DNA of 64,000 bases, taken from contig NC_068983.1 of the NCBI RefSeq assembly GCF_001194135.2, positions 100,805,864 to 100,869,863 on the forward strand, read 5' to 3'. The DNA is from Octopus bimaculoides. Its lineage: Eukaryota. The position numbers were made by a program, and so were the translations under genes. The notes under the pieces are model-generated. The model made no database searches and had not been told where the DNA came from. It was given only the letters and a program-made list of their open reading frames with translations. This document shows, piece after piece, positions 1 to 15,200 of the stretch (position 1 is its first letter; every line of letters begins with the position of its first letter).

Positions 1-373
1 GTTTTAGTATCTGTCATTACAGTATCGAAATGTGATTGTTTCAGTTTTGATAGTTTTCTTTTTCTCCTTCCTTTCTTTTTGTATTTGTTGTTGGATTGTT
101 CCTAAAGGTTCATAAGAGAAAGTAGGAGTTGAAAGGATTTGTATTAGAAAGAGGAAATTAGATTTTATTAGGGAGAAAATGTTTACTCGTGTAGTTTTAT
201 GGATTATATTCATTATTAGGAAATTTTTGGAGTGAAAAAATGACGCAGTGACCTAAAAAATTGTATTTAGAATATTAATTGCGATTGTTTAATCGAAGAA
301 ATTTGGAATTGTGTAAATGTATGAATTTTAAACATACACACACACACAGAAAATTTGCCTTTTATAGTATAGA
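1..373 (-). mobile_element. 5' end of a non-autonomous Helitron-like element
   Basis: Minus strand starts A|TCTATACTATAAAAGG followed by a (TG)n tract, as typical for Helitron-type 5' termini. Confidence 0.4.
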
Positions 374-535
374 TGCATTTTTTTTTCAATTCTCTTTCAT
401 CTTTAGTCAATCCATTTTTGTATGTTAACATCTGTTTGTGTGAATCATTAATGTATGTTCATATAGTACTAACTTCAACAGTGTATTATTTAGTGAATAT
501 AATTGTGCTAACTATCCCCTTTTTTTTTTTTACAG

Positions 536-592
536 AAAAGTCGAGCAAGACACAATCCAGTTTATATGGACTGTTTGAAAGTTGCCGCAGAG
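536..592 (+). CDS. ANKRD27: ANKRD27 exon (KSRARHNPVYMDCLKVAAE), pre-VPS9 helical region
   Basis: poly-T tacag acceptor, ag|gttagt donor, 57 nt; joins the next exon in frame. Confidence 0.8.
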
Positions 593-1069
593 GTTAGTTA
601 CTTTAAATTTCTACTTTGTGGTATTAATCTTTTAACATTTGCTAATGAATTTTGTTTTGGGACAGAAATCAATTGAACAAATATAAACTTCTTTAAAAAC
701 AAAATACTAGTAATGACTGATAAATAATAGAAGCTAGTACTTGAAAAAATAGACAAGTCCATTTCTTTGGAGAAATAAGCAGTCTTTATTTTCCTTAATA
801 AAAATTGGCTCTGCATATATTTAAATATGGTTCATCAAGCGTTTGCTAATATTTTCAAAATTATTTCCTAAACTAAGTTGTCTTCTACATTACAAAAATT
901 TTGATTTTGAGGCTTTAATAGATAATACATATTAAATTATAATTTGGTTTTCCATTCATTCAGACTTTTCTCTTAGAATGTGAGGAATTTGTTCTTTGAC
1001 CAATGATTAGCACAACACCACTGGTGGGATGCCAACTAGAGACTAATTCCTCTTGACTGTTATGACTCC

Positions 1070-1108
<39 letters not shown>

Positions 1109-3193
1109 ACTTTTCCATGCTTGCATGGGTCAGGCGGAATTTGTTGAGGCAGATTTTCTGTGGTTGGATGCTCTTCCTGTTGTCAACCCTTATCTATTTC
1201 AAGTGGAGTAATATTTCCTCATGGCCAGACAAGTTTATCATGGAAGACTAGAAATGAACAGCATTGCTTGCACGATGGTGATGTTCATTTACAATCATCA
1301 TCTTATAATCAAGACAAGGGTACACACACACACACAAATGTTGTTTGGTTTCTGTCTACCAAATCTATATACATAGTTCTTCCATCAACCAAATTACCTG
1401 CTCCTGAATTAACATGTAAGTGGCTAGCAATCCACAGATGCATGTATGCTTAATATAATTCTTGGGCAGAATCAGATGACACAATGTGTGACATGGCTGT
1501 ACCTTGTATTCTCTCTTCTCAGTTTCACACAAATCAGTATGGGTTAATTCAAGAAAATGACACTTGTTCAGGATAAACTCAGTAGGATTGAACCCAAGAC
1601 CTTATGGTTGCAAAGTGAACTTCTTAACCATTCAGCCATACTGTGCATTAGTGTATCCAACAAGATGTTCTGTTTCATCATCAATAATTATTTGATAAGT
1701 GATTAAGACAATGAATGGATCTATTTCAAAACGGGGGCACCAGTATTTTCTTCACGAAACACTAACGAAACACTTTGAAACTTGGGACACTGGTAGAATG
1801 TGTCATATAAAACATCTTTTACTCTTAGTCTTCTTAATAAAAAAACGTACATCGCAAGTTATTCCATGTTAAAGTTGTCGTATTTCTGTAATTTCAACCA
1901 ATCACTGATGTCTGTTCAGCTGAATAGAGTTACTGCTGGGCGGTCATAAAAATGTTATTCCCTGTGACATATTTCATCCGGTTTAATCTTAATTTATACG
2001 CATATAGTGTTTATATAATAAATTACGCTGTGCGTATCTATGTGTGTAACAATTTTAGAGTTCAGATTCTAGAGTTAGGGTTAGTTTTAGGGTTAGGGTT
2101 AGGGTTAACAGTCTAGTTAGGGTTAGGGGATTAATACGATATACACTGTTACAGCGCTAACTGTTTTCATCTGAATAGACGTCAGTGATTAGTAGAAATT
2201 ATCGAAATAAGACAATTTTTTTACATGAAATAAATTCGAATACAAAAATTTTTTTCTGTTCTATAACACAAAATAGATAAGTATACGAAGTTTGAAAGTC
2301 TTTCGGTACCAAAAACACTACATAAAACATAAATGAAAACTGGTGCCCCCGTTTTGAAATAGATCCCAATGAATTGAATTATTGTTGTTAAAAACATGAT
2401 AACCTCCAAAAGTTTTCTTTTGAAGATTTTATATTTGCTTTTAGAATAAACAAATGAATATTGGCTAACATTGTTTATACTTAGTTGAGCCAAACCTTGC
2501 AGTATTTTGTTTTATCTCTTTGTTTTGTGTTTAATTTCTGCCAGGGTTAGTGTGTAATTTCATCCTTCCAGGCTACCAAAATGGAGACATTCAATTGGTT
2601 ACACCCTTGTACAAAGCTTTAAACATTATCCCAATATGGGAGATCTATCATGGTTCTTGCTATCACATAGGATAATCTACAACCACTGGTTATAGCTTTT
2701 GCAATATTTAAATTCAAAAATGTGATTCACTAATCTGATTTTCAATGAACTAATTTAGTGGTTTGCTTCAGGCAGTCTTTTAAATAGTCCATCTTCAGCA
2801 GCATTTCTAAACCTGTATGGTAGCACTTCCTCACTTCTCCCACTAATGTTTTCATTATTTACAATATTGAACATATTAGTAGCCACTAGAATCTCTTTCA
2901 AAAGTAATTATAAAGGTGATCTATGACAATAGAGTACCACTTTCACTTTGTCAAAGTGTGTTATCATTGCAATTAAATTGATAAATAAATAATATAAACC
3001 CAAAACATTTGTTACTATTTTTCAGACTTATGTGTTGCATCAGCTTCATAAAAGTCTCTTTGGAGCTCTCACACTTTGCATGGCATCTGATGATGCTGAA
3101 ATCAACAAATGTACACGAAATCTGAAAGAGCTGCAGTGTCATCATTTAGACATTCGGGAATCATTCATGTAAGATTTGCTTTTTCTTTTCTTC

Positions 3194-3225
<32 letters not shown>

Positions 3226-6200
3226 TGCATTGGAATTTTGTCTGTTAAGTAAAGATGAAAATTATAATCTTATTTAAGTTTATTTCAGCAGGTTGAAATC
3301 AGATTATATCAGCGTTGTTAATTGATATCAACTTTTTTAATGATCTTGTTATTTGAAATATTAAACTTTATCTCATTAATTAGTGTTTACATATACTGTC
3401 TTTATATTGTTTCTGGTTTAAATATTGGTTTGTTTGTTTATTATAATTTCAAGATACTTGTTTCTATCCCTCTGTCACACTTCAATCTCTCACCTGACAC
3501 AAAACCACCTCCCTTAATACAACTTTCCATCTCTGTTGAGAGGTCTTTATCTTTCAAGTTACTTGATGACCTTGATGGTGTTTATACCATGTAAAGAGCA
3601 CCCAATACACTTTAAAGTGTTTGGCATTAGAAAGGACATCCAACTGTAGAAACCATGCCAAAGCAGAGAGTAGTGCTTGGTGCAGTCTTCTTGTTTACCT
3701 GCTCCTGTCAAGCCAGCCAACCCATTTCAGCATGTAAAATGATATTGAATGGTGAAGGTGATGATTTCAGTATTATTTTCCTGGGGAAGGCTGATGACAG
3801 AATTGGTAAAACATTAGGCAATAATGCCTTCTTTTGGAGGAAATGATAAAAGTACCAGTCACATACTGAGGTCAGTTTAATTGACCATACCATACCTCCA
3901 AAAATTTAGCCAAATTAAGAAATTGTTATTGTTTTCCTAATTTTGAAATATATTAGATCAAATTCAATTAGGGAAAAAATATATTATAAGAAATATTTTG
4001 TAAATTACTAACAATTTATACATTCATGATTAAAGTTAATTCTGTATAAGATTTTGATATCCATATATATTAAATGTTCTGTGAGTAACAATTTTTGAAA
4101 ATTCATGTTCACAATATATTTATTCTTGTTTTGTTAAGCTATATTTTATTGTTTTTTCATGCATTTATTTTTATTTTATTGTTTTAGCAATAATATTCCC
4201 ATTGCAAGGAAAGAAATCGCCCGTCTCAATAAATACAGCACACCTATGGGAAAACTCTATTGTATTCAACGGTTAATTGCATTTTTAATGCGTTCTCCGA
4301 AATCTCCTGCATCTACTCCTGAAGGTATTCCTTCCTTTATAGAAAAACATAATTTTATGTTATTGTTATATTTGGGGGTGGTCATATTCTTTGCCAACCA
4401 CTATGTACTCATTCTTCACTTCAATTTTATTATTATTATCATCATTTTAGTGTCCTTTGACTAAATCTTTTGTCATGTATCCTGTGACCTCTTCAGCAGC
4501 TCTCCATTCCATGTGTCTCCTGTTAGTCCATTCTGAGAAAGACAGAATGGACTAAACAGAATAGGAGACACATGGGATGGCGAGTCATTGAAGAGGTCAT
4601 GGGATGTGTGACAAAAGATTTCAGACAAAGGACACTAAAATAATGATAATAATAATAAAATAAGAATAATAGTAAAGTTATGAAGAATGAGTATGTATAT
4701 ATAGTCCATGTGGATAATTGGCAAAAATATGACCAATATAACAATATCTGCTTCAACACACAATTTCACATCAGCAATCTTGCATAAGTGTAATTTTATA
4801 TTCTATTTTTCTATACTCTTTACTCTTTTTACTCTTTTACTTGTTTCAGTCATTTGACTGCGGCCATGATGGAACACCGCCTTTAGTCGAGCAAATCGAC
4901 CCCAGGACTTATTCTTTGGAAGCCTAGTATTTATTTTATCGGTCTCTTTTGCTGAACCACTAAGTTACGGGGACCTAAACACACCACCATCGGTTGTCAA
5001 GCGATAGTGGGGGACAAACAGACACACAAACACACATATATATATATATACATATATACAACAAGCTTCTTTCGGTTTCCGTCTACCAAATCCACTCACA
5101 AGGCTTTGGTCGGCCCAAGGCTATAGTAGAAGACACTTGCCCAAGGTGCCACACAGTGGGACTGAACCCGGAACCATGTGGTTGGTAAGCAAGCTACTTA
5201 CCACACAGCCACTCCTGCACTTATATTTACAACACTAAAGAAATATACAAGCTGGAAGGGAAGACTGTGTGATCCTTGATCAGCTAGAAACAGCAGCTAA
5301 ATTCTATCAAATCACACTCTACTATCTTAAAATGTGGGAACATGCATCCAGGATAATGTAGCCCTGGATACATTATATCTTCAGCAAAGATGAGATGATC
5401 ATGGCTTGATTGTCTTTGCTCATAAATCAGGACTGACCTGGAGCTAAACACCAATCTCTAAAAATCCTTCCTTTTCTATGACATGGAAATCTTTTCATTC
5501 TGACATTTAGCTTCTCATTGAAATGTCTTTTTAACTTTATTTTTCTTCTCTTTATCTAGGTGATAGTGAAGCTCTTTCAGATGTGATGACTTCCGATGAC
5601 CTTTTACCATTGCTCATTTTTATAATTGTTAAATCTGAAATTCCTAATTGGTATGTATTGATTTTAATAAAAAATATTTTTCTTTGTTTAGCTTTAAATC
5701 CTTCCCTTCTACTTTATCTCCTTATCATTTTGTCTTAATATTTTCATCTAAATATATTTTAGGTGCTCCAACTTAGCTTATGTCCAGCATTTCAATTTTT
5801 CCCGTGCATCAAACAAAGATGAATACAGGTTAGTTAAAAACTAGTTATACAATTTCTGACATTTAAATTTTTACAAATTTATTTTATCATTTTAATAATA
5901 GGCACAGGCATGTCTGTCTGGTTAAGAAGCTTGCTTCTGAGTTCAATTCCACTGCATGGCACCTTGGGCAAGTATCTTCTACTATAGCCCTAGGCTGACC
6001 AAAGCCCATAAGTGTGGCTGTGTGGTAAGAAACCTGCTTCTCAACTACAAGGTTTTGGGTTCAGTCTCACTACGTGGCACCTTGGGTAAGTGTCTTCTGT
6101 AGCCTTGGACTGACTGACGTATTGTGAGTGGATTTGGTAGATGGAAACTGAAAGAAGCTCGTTATGTGTGTGTGTGTGTATCTTTGGATCAATGTTTGTC

Positions 6201-9200
6201 CCTGCCACTGCTTGGCAACTTGTGTTGGTATGTTTACATCCCCATAACTTAGCAGTTCAGTAAAGAGACTGATAGAATAAGTACCAGGCTTAAAGGAAAA
6301 GAAGGGGAAAAAAAGTACTGAGACTGATTCATCTGACTAAAAAACGAAAAAAAAAATGCCCCAGCATGGCAGCAGACTGAAACAAATAAAAGGTAAAGAT
6401 GCATGTGTGTGTGTGTGTGAGAGAGAGAGAGAGTTGATGTCTCCTTGTCTTGACATTGTGTTGTTGTAAAAAAATGTCACCATCATACATGCAGTGTCCT
6501 TCATTTCCAAACATCCATAAAAAACATGTCCAGGTATAGGGGCAATATTACCTTACTTAGAAACAGGTAAAGGTGACAACAGGAAGGACATCCAGCCATA
6601 GAAAATCGGCATCAACAAATTCTGTCCAATCATGGAAAAGTGAATGTTGAAACAGTGAAATTAGTGATTTTTAACTATATATTGTTTTATTTTTTTTTCA
6701 CTAGTTTAAGACCCCACAGTAATTAAAACTGTTTAGTAGTTGACCTAGGATTGATTGATTTTAATCAATTCCTACTATTTTTACTGTTATACATTTTTGT
6801 GTTTATTGTTCCATCTGCACAGTAGTTGGATGTCAGAGAAATCAAATTATGTACATGTCTTCTTTCACCAGTCCAACATATATGTTGGAATACTTAAGGT
6901 CATTGTTCTTCTCTATCCATCATTTCTTTGGACATGCTTGAGGACATGAGTGTATTATTCTCCAGAGCACTTGCCACATAGAAAGCACTGATGCTGGTGT
7001 CATGTAAAACAACACCCAGTACACTCTATTAGATGGTTGGCATTAAAAAGGGCATCCAGCTGTAGAAACCAAGTCAAAACAGATTATGAAACCTAGTACG
7101 GGCCTTGCCAGTTCCTGTTAAGCCATCCAACCCATGCCAGCATAGAAAATGGACATTAAATGATGATGATTTTGCAATTTGTGAACAACAATCTCATTGG
7201 TTAGAGGTTTCGACTGTATCAGTCACTGGTCCTCTGTAATATCTGACTTGAGAGTGACAAGGGTTTCTCTCCAGTATACATCAGCAAAAGATATATGTAT
7301 GTTGATACATATTTCTAGATGGTTTCTGTCTGCCAAATTAACCTTAAAAGGTATTGGTCAACCCAAAGTTATGGAAGAAGAAACTTGTTTAAGGTGCCAT
7401 GCAATGGGATTGTACCCAGAAGTATATAGTTATTCACTTCACAACTATATACTTCTGAACTTATTAATCACACACAAAACCAAGATAGTTTTTCCATTTG
7501 ACATCTTTTATATTAAAAATATGTAAAAGTAAACCCTATGTACAACTTCTTTGTTGATGACTGAGTGGATAAGGTATTAATTCTACCCAATCAGAGGTCA
7601 GAAGTTCATATCCACTGCAGGTACTTTGTGTTTCTAAGTAAAATATCGTATTCTACATTGACTCTGTTCATTTAGCTAGAACAAGTTCTAGATCATCTCA
7701 GAGGGTTACTTGTCCTAAACTGGTATCCTTTCTGAATTCCAGTTTAGCACAAGTAACTGTGAACTTAGTTTTATCTTAGCTCAGATTTTGTGGTATTAAG
7801 TAGATAATATTGACCTTTCATAGTCTTCTCAGCTTAGGAGACTTATATATTTTGTTTTCTTACATATACTATGTTCAGTACCTCTGAGTTATTGATCATA
7901 TGCAATCTGATTACTACCATTGTGGACAAACCACTTAATCTTAGTCATTCGAGTTTGACTGGCTGAACTAAAAACAAGCACCATAGCTACTTTGCAATTG
8001 ACTAGTAGGAAAGAAATTAACTGTACAAGCAATTACTTTAACAAAGACATTTGACCTATGCAACCATAGAAAAAGAGATAGGAAACAATAAAAGGAAAAT
8101 AAAGAAAATATTATCTATGTTATCCAGTTTTGTTTCTATTCTGTCTTTTTTAGTTATTATCTGGCTACAATTGAAGCTGCATTAGAACAGATACGAAGTG
8201 GTAAAGTGAAGATTATACCCTCTACTTCATCCAATATTCAGGTATGTTTTTCCTCAATGTTTACAACATTGCAGTAAGAATTGTTCTATCTTGCTTTGTG
8301 ATGTAATTATGTTTGGTGAGATCAATGCTTGAGTAAACCTGCAAGATAACTATCTTTCTTTTTAGTGGTTTGATTCTTCTGTGGATGTTGTGATTGGTGA
8401 CACTACAAATACTGTACCCTCTCCAATATTTGAAAGTAACAAAACTCCAGAACTCAGTCCTACAGATATCTTTTTCCAAGTAAGTATAAAGCAGAAGTTA
8501 AGCAAGAGAATTTAACCCTGTATTTTATATTGATAATGGTTTCAAATTTTGGCACAAGGCCAGCAGTTTTTGAGGGAAGGGGGAAGTCAATTACACTGAC
8601 TCCAGTACTTGACTGGTACTTATTGACCTCAAAAGGATGAAAGGTAAAGTCATCCTCAACAGAATTTAAGAAGAGAACATAAAGCATTTTGTCCAGCTTG
8701 CTGTCTTATTTTATCTTAATAATAATAATAATCTTTCTGTTATAGGCACTAGGCTTGAAATTTTGGCAGAAGGGACTAGTTGATTACATCAATCCCAGTG
8801 CTTAACTAGTACTTATTTCATCAACCCCAAAAGGATGAAAGGCAAAGTTGACCTGAGCAGAATTTGAACTTAGAACATAAAGACAGACGAAATGTTGCGA
8901 AGCATTTTGCTTGGCATGCTAACGATTCTGCCAGCTCACCACCTTAATAATAATAATAATAATATTCATTATCGAAGAAATTGAGAAATATAAGGACTTA
9001 GCTGAGAGATGAAGAGATTGTGGAAGACAAAGGTGACCTTATTCCTGTGGTAATTGGTGTACTTGGCACAACACCCAAACTGGTGCCTAAAGGGCTGAAG
9101 AATATTGGAATTTAGACTTGTATTGTCAGCCTGCAGAAAAGTGCCATCCTGTATTCTGCAGGAATTTTAAGGAGTTTTGAAATTTGAGAAGACTTGTTGT

Positions 9201-12200
9201 CACCGAACATCTAGACAATATCCTTGCTTACTAAAGTAGTATGTAATAAGGTTTAGATTTGGATTTTCTTCATCTTGCAAAATTCCTCTTCTCTGTGTGA
9301 TTATGGTAAAACCCTTTGTATTTGTTGTATATTTGTTCAGTTCACCTGTGTAGGTGAACTAAAAGAACCTACATCACTGCATGATGTAATGAAGAAGTTA
9401 AAGAAACTGTGGGAATTATCAGTCTAAGTCTACTAGGGGGTGGCTAAGGCTAAAGCCTGTTCTGCTTATAATATCTATAAGGTTTGTAGGAGGCATACCA
9501 ACCAATCACTGTAGATGTATTTGTATATTAGGCTCAGTTGGTTCATTATTTATATGAATATATTAAGTCTATGAATATGGTATATATCTAGAATCCACAT
9601 GTGTGATTGTATGAGAATTTGTTCAAGAGGCTTATGGATAAGAAGTAATTATTGAATTTGATTGCTTGAACAATTGTGAAAATCTCTTCACATGAAACCA
9701 CTGGTTGCCTTGTTTACTCACAAATAAAGAATATCCACAAATGCAGTGTTGAGCACTCATTGTCATTGTTCTGTATTAGTGTATATATGTGTGTGTGTGT
9801 GTGTGTGTATGTTCCACCATTTTGTTATCTGTTCATTTACAAATATAAAATTTCTCATTGAAAGTAAATGTTTCTATTTTTTACCTTCTCTAAAAAATAA
9901 TTTTGCAGCATATAGAAGGTGGAGATGAAAATGCCGTGAAAGTCTTTCTTAATCGACAGAATGAAATGGCTGACCAAGCCCGCCGCAAACTCTGTCACCC
10001 TTTATGTTCATGTGATAAATGTGAAACTCTGATGAGAGAAACTCGCCGTGACTCTAGTTTAGTCACTCCATCCACTCGAGATGATAGAGGTTATACAGGT
10101 AAAGACACTTGATTATTTCATTAAACCAAAAATTATTTGTTATATACACTTTAGTGCCTCTGTTTCAGGAAAGCTAGATCATATTTTTGGCTATATTATC
10201 AGAAGCAGATTAACACATTTGGTGTATTTAAATTATTGGAAAATATTAAATCAGTTAATCCGTTTGAAAATTGGTTAGAGTTGCTCTCTATGGAATAATT
10301 TCTGTTTAGAGTCCAAGGTGTTGTAATTAAAATTTTAATTTCTTTGCAATAGATTTTTATTCAGTCATATATATCACATGAATATTATTACAAATATTTT
10401 TATGATTTAGAAAAAAGATTATTTTCACAAATTCAAACTGGTTTGATATGGTAATATCTCAAGTGGAAACCTCTATAAAAGCTAAGCAGGTACCTGAAAC
10501 CACCCTTATTTTGTATTCTTGCCACAGATGCAAATCTCCTAAGTAGATTTGTTGCAGCTGTGCTGCTGATGCACAGGTTAGGACAGCCTACAACACCAGG
10601 AGGAGGAATCCTCTACCATAACTATCTATGAAGCATTCCACTGTCAAAATATTTACATGATGACCATCAGGAAAGCAAAATTTAAAAAAAAAGCCATTAT
10701 CATTATGCATTGCGCAGTCTTCAAGCCTTTTATTTTCTAAATCGCAATAAGTGTTCTAGTGTCTCTCTAGAAACTATAAAACAATTATATTATCTATTAT
10801 CTAGCCGAGTGCTACTACAGATATATTCACTGTATTTGCTATTTTCTATCCACTTCCACTCCCCACTCACTCAATAAAAACTCTGTTGGACTCTCTTATC
10901 CATTCACTTCATCACCTTACAAACATAGTAACCAGGTGTGTAAACTTCTCTGGTCATTTTAGCCCAACAAAATGACTGGTTCTCATGGTATTTTTTTTTT
11001 ACCATGCTCAATGTGTTGTGAAGCAGGTCTTTGTTCTTATAAAACTTCACTTTTCTTTCTCTCTTTTTACCCAAATTTATAGATATACAATCCTAGAAAA
11101 AGAACAACCTCTCTGATTCTGCCAACTACTAACTTATCACCCCCCCTTACAGATTCAGACATAATAGTATTCACACTACAGAAGGTTTTGTGGTATTGTA
11201 ACACTGATACTCTAGTAAAGAAGGTCTTACATTGTGTCTTCCCTGTATTTGGAGATTAAGGAAAGAAAAACTTCCCTCTCAGATGCTTTTCAGTTTCAAT
11301 TAAGCAATGGGAGCTTTGTAACTGACTGCATTGAAATATATAGGGTAGTAACTGCTCTACATCAAATTGGAAAGGACATCAGTAGGAGATGGAAGCTAGT
11401 TAAACAAAAATATTCATATTTCACTCTTATTCGCAGAGATCCATCTATTGTCTGAGTAGAAAACTCTAGATCAACTCCATTGCCATTGCTGCCATCTGAT
11501 GTACACTACAGATGTATTCAAGCTGACATTAGCAGGTCCCTCCTTCCTGAGAGCAGAAACCTTCTTTGCATTAAAGTGTCATCATGGGTGTTCTCATCAC
11601 CTGAAAAAAGGTGATTAACTACAACTGCCTTTGTCCTGGAGAAGTTGTTAATTTCCTACTTGTGACACCATTTGTTCATTCCACTTGAATTAGCCTCTGT
11701 ATGTCATTATTTTTTATCATAAATGCAATAACAAAATTTTGTTTCAAATTAACCATATATAGTTCAGTTTTTCTCGTTAGCGATGTTTGAGAGGATTGCA
11801 GAGGTAGCAGACAAATGATCTTGTTTAATAAGATTAGAATGGTTTTAAGCATTTTTAAACTTGTCTAACAAAGGAAGAAGAATTTTATGGATGCATATTC
11901 TTTGATCTCATTAATATAGAGGGAATGAAGACAAAAAAATTTCACTATTTTTTTTTTTAATGGGGCCTGGTGTCTATCAGTTTAAGAACTGTTGAGAAGG
12001 TTAGCTTTCCTCTCAGTGTGTTTGAGTCATTAATGATAGAAAAAATATAAAAAAGTTATATTCAGTATACGAGAACAGTATCTCATAGTATTAAAATTAC
12101 ATAGTCTGAAATGCTCTTTAATTATCAAAGTTTTTGGCCATATTAACCTTTTCAATAGCATTGAAACATTTTACAGCATGATAACAACATTGAAACTTTA

Positions 12201-15200
12201 AATTTCAACACACACAGTGTGTGTATGTGTGTGTGTATATATATATATATAAGGTATCCAAAGATGATTAAAGAATATACAGATGAAAACGTAGTGAAGA
12301 CACTGGAAGAAAAAGTTGGAATGAATAACTATTTCTAGTAGTTTTTAATTTTCAGATTTCCAAATATAAATCTGATTATATTTTACCTTTCAGTCCTCAG
12401 GGTTGAAAATATTCATCATTAGGTATTAGAAATGTCATTGATCAAATCATTTAACAGTACTCACTTCCCTATAAATGCTTAATCTGATGACATAGCATAT
12501 AGTTTGTTTTCACATAGTATATAGTTTGTTTTTCACTTTGATACTTCTGTGACACCTCTTTAAAATATCCTATCACTGTCTTGTTGTTTAGCTCTACATG
12601 TTGCTGCTGCTGCTGGCCATGCAGAATTGATCGACATTTTGGTATACCATGGTGCATCAGTTGATGCAACAGACTATATGGGACTGACCCCCATGCACCT
12701 TGCTTGTCAAAAAGGATTCCAGAGTGTAACTGTATGTTTTTTTTTTTTTTTGTCTCTCCTCTATTAATTGACTAATTAATAAATATATCAAGTTTTCCAG
12801 TGTGATATAAATATTATTGTATTTTTTTATCCATATAAATATTTAGCTAAAGTTTATAGGTTCAATGTCTAGCTCAGTCAATGACATTATTTTCCAGCTT
12901 AGTGGGAAGATGGGACTTAGTCTGACACTTCAGATGTATAAAATAACTAAAAGTTAGGCTAACTTGATAAATAGTCATCAAGCCATTAAAGCATGTTTTT
13001 GCTTGCTTGTGTGTTTATGTATGTGTGTCCTTGTGTATTTCTGTGTGTGCTTTTGTAATTGCATATTTGGAGGCATTTTTCTCAGAGAGTTTTGTATTTG
13101 TAATATCTCTTTGTAGTTGCTTCTGGTTCATTTTGGGTGTAACCTGCATTTAACAGACAATGATGGCAACACACCTTTGCATTCTTGTGCTGCCAATGGA
13201 CATGAGGAAGTGAGTTCATTTTTCTTAATCTAGACAACTATTTGTTAAAACATTGCTATTTTCATTGTCACTACATAATAAATCTTTTGAGCCCAATATC
13301 ACTAAGACCTTTACTTTTATGATCATGAATATTGATCATAATCATCCTTCATCTATAACTAAAAATGTCCATAGTATTCAGTGACCTGTCTTTAAACTTA
13401 CCTACAACTATCGGCACCTCACTGTTTCAACTTCTATTATGTTACTACACCTGCATCAGAAAGTGTGTCTTATATTCCAACATTTGTGCTCCTAGTTCTT
13501 CAGTTTATTCATTTCACTATTTCTCAGTTCTTTTTTTTTTTTTAGCTTTCACACAGGGAAAAGCACCACTGATGCTATATTTCTGGTAAGACAGCTGCAG
13601 GAGAAATACCTAGCCAAAGATAAACCTCTGTACCTGGCTTTTGTTGACATGGAGAAAGCTTTGACAGGGTCCTCCGATCCCTTATCTGATGGTCAATGAG
13701 GAAACTAGGGATAGATGAATGGTTAATGAGAGCTGTACAAGCCATGTACAGGGATGCTGTCAGTAGGGTAAAGGTTGGCGACGAGTACAGTGAAGAATTC
13801 CGGTTAGGAATTCAAGACAGGATGCCCCTGGGAGCTTCTCTGTGCTGATGACCTTGCTCTAATTGCTGAGTCACTATCAGAACTAGAGGAGAAGTTTTAG
13901 GTATGAAAGCAAGGATTAGAATCGAAGGGCCTTAGCGTCAACCTAGCAAAAACAAAAGTCTTAATAAGTAGGAAGATAGATAAACCACAAATCCCTTCAG
14001 GTAGACTGCCCTGCTCAATCTGTAGAAAATCCATAAGATATACCCAGTGTAAGCTACAGACACATAAGAGGTGAAGCAATATCAAAGGAAGGCTAAGAGG
14101 GAAGATAGTTTTTGTGTGTAGCAAATGCTCAGGAGCAATAAACACTGAAAACATGCAGAGAACAGCTTCTGTCACATTCCTGGGGGAAAAATTACAAGTT
14201 GTTGATAGTTTCCTTTACCTAGGTGACCAAGTCAGTAGTGTGGGTGGATGCTCTGAAAGTGTAGTTGCTAGAGTAAGGACAGCCTGGGCAAAGTTTAGAG
14301 AGCTCTTACCTCTGCTGGTGACAAAGGGCCTCTCACTCAGAGTAAAAGGTAGACTGTATGATGCATGTGTGCAAACAGCTATGCTACATGGCAGTGAAAC
14401 ATGGGCCGTGACTGCTGAGGACATGCATAAGCTTGCAAGGAATGAAGCCAGTATGCTCCGCTGGATGTGTAATGTCAGTGTGCATACACGACAGAGTGCA
14501 GGCACCCTGAGAGAAAAGTTGGACTTAAGAAGCATCAGATGTGAATGGATGACGACAGCTGTGCGAAAAAGTGCCACCCCCTAGCAGTTGAGGGAAGCTG
14601 TGGAAGAGGTAGATCCCAGAAGACCTGAGATAAGGTGGTTAAGCACGACCTTCGAACATTGGGTCTCACCAAGGCAATGACAAGTGACCGAGACCTTTGG
14701 AGATATGCTGTGCTTGAGAAGACCTGGCAAGCCAAGTGAGACCATAACTGTGGCCTATGCCAGTGCTGTATAATCAGCCCATTTAAGAGTACCCTTCAAT
14801 CATTGGACAATAAACTATGCTTGCTAAGACCTGTTGAGGTCAGTGAAATCACTGTTATGGCTGATGACAGTACCGCCTGATTAGCACCCATGCCAGTGGA
14901 ACTCTAAAAGCGTGATCGATGCTAGAGCCGCTGACTGGCTCCTGTGCTTATGGCACGTAAAGAAAGCACCATTTGAGCATGGTCGTTGCCAGTGCCGCCA
15001 GACTGGCTCCTGTGCAGGTGGCACCTAAAAAGCACCACTTGAGCATGGCCGATGCCAGTACCGCCTGACTGGCCCTTATACCAGTGGCATGTAAAAGCAC
15101 CCACTACATTCTCAGAGTGGTTGGTGTTAGGAAGGGCATCCAGCTATAGAAACTTTGCCAGATCAGATTGGAGACTAATGCAGCCTTCTGGCTCGCCAGC

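Noticed and set aside
10500-11640. Possible ancient CR1/L2-type LINE remnant
   Set aside because: The composition suggests it, but no diagnostic motif could be read reliably
14114-14584. 156-aa ORF as a nested host gene
   Set aside because: It is part of the RTE LINE reverse-transcriptase region
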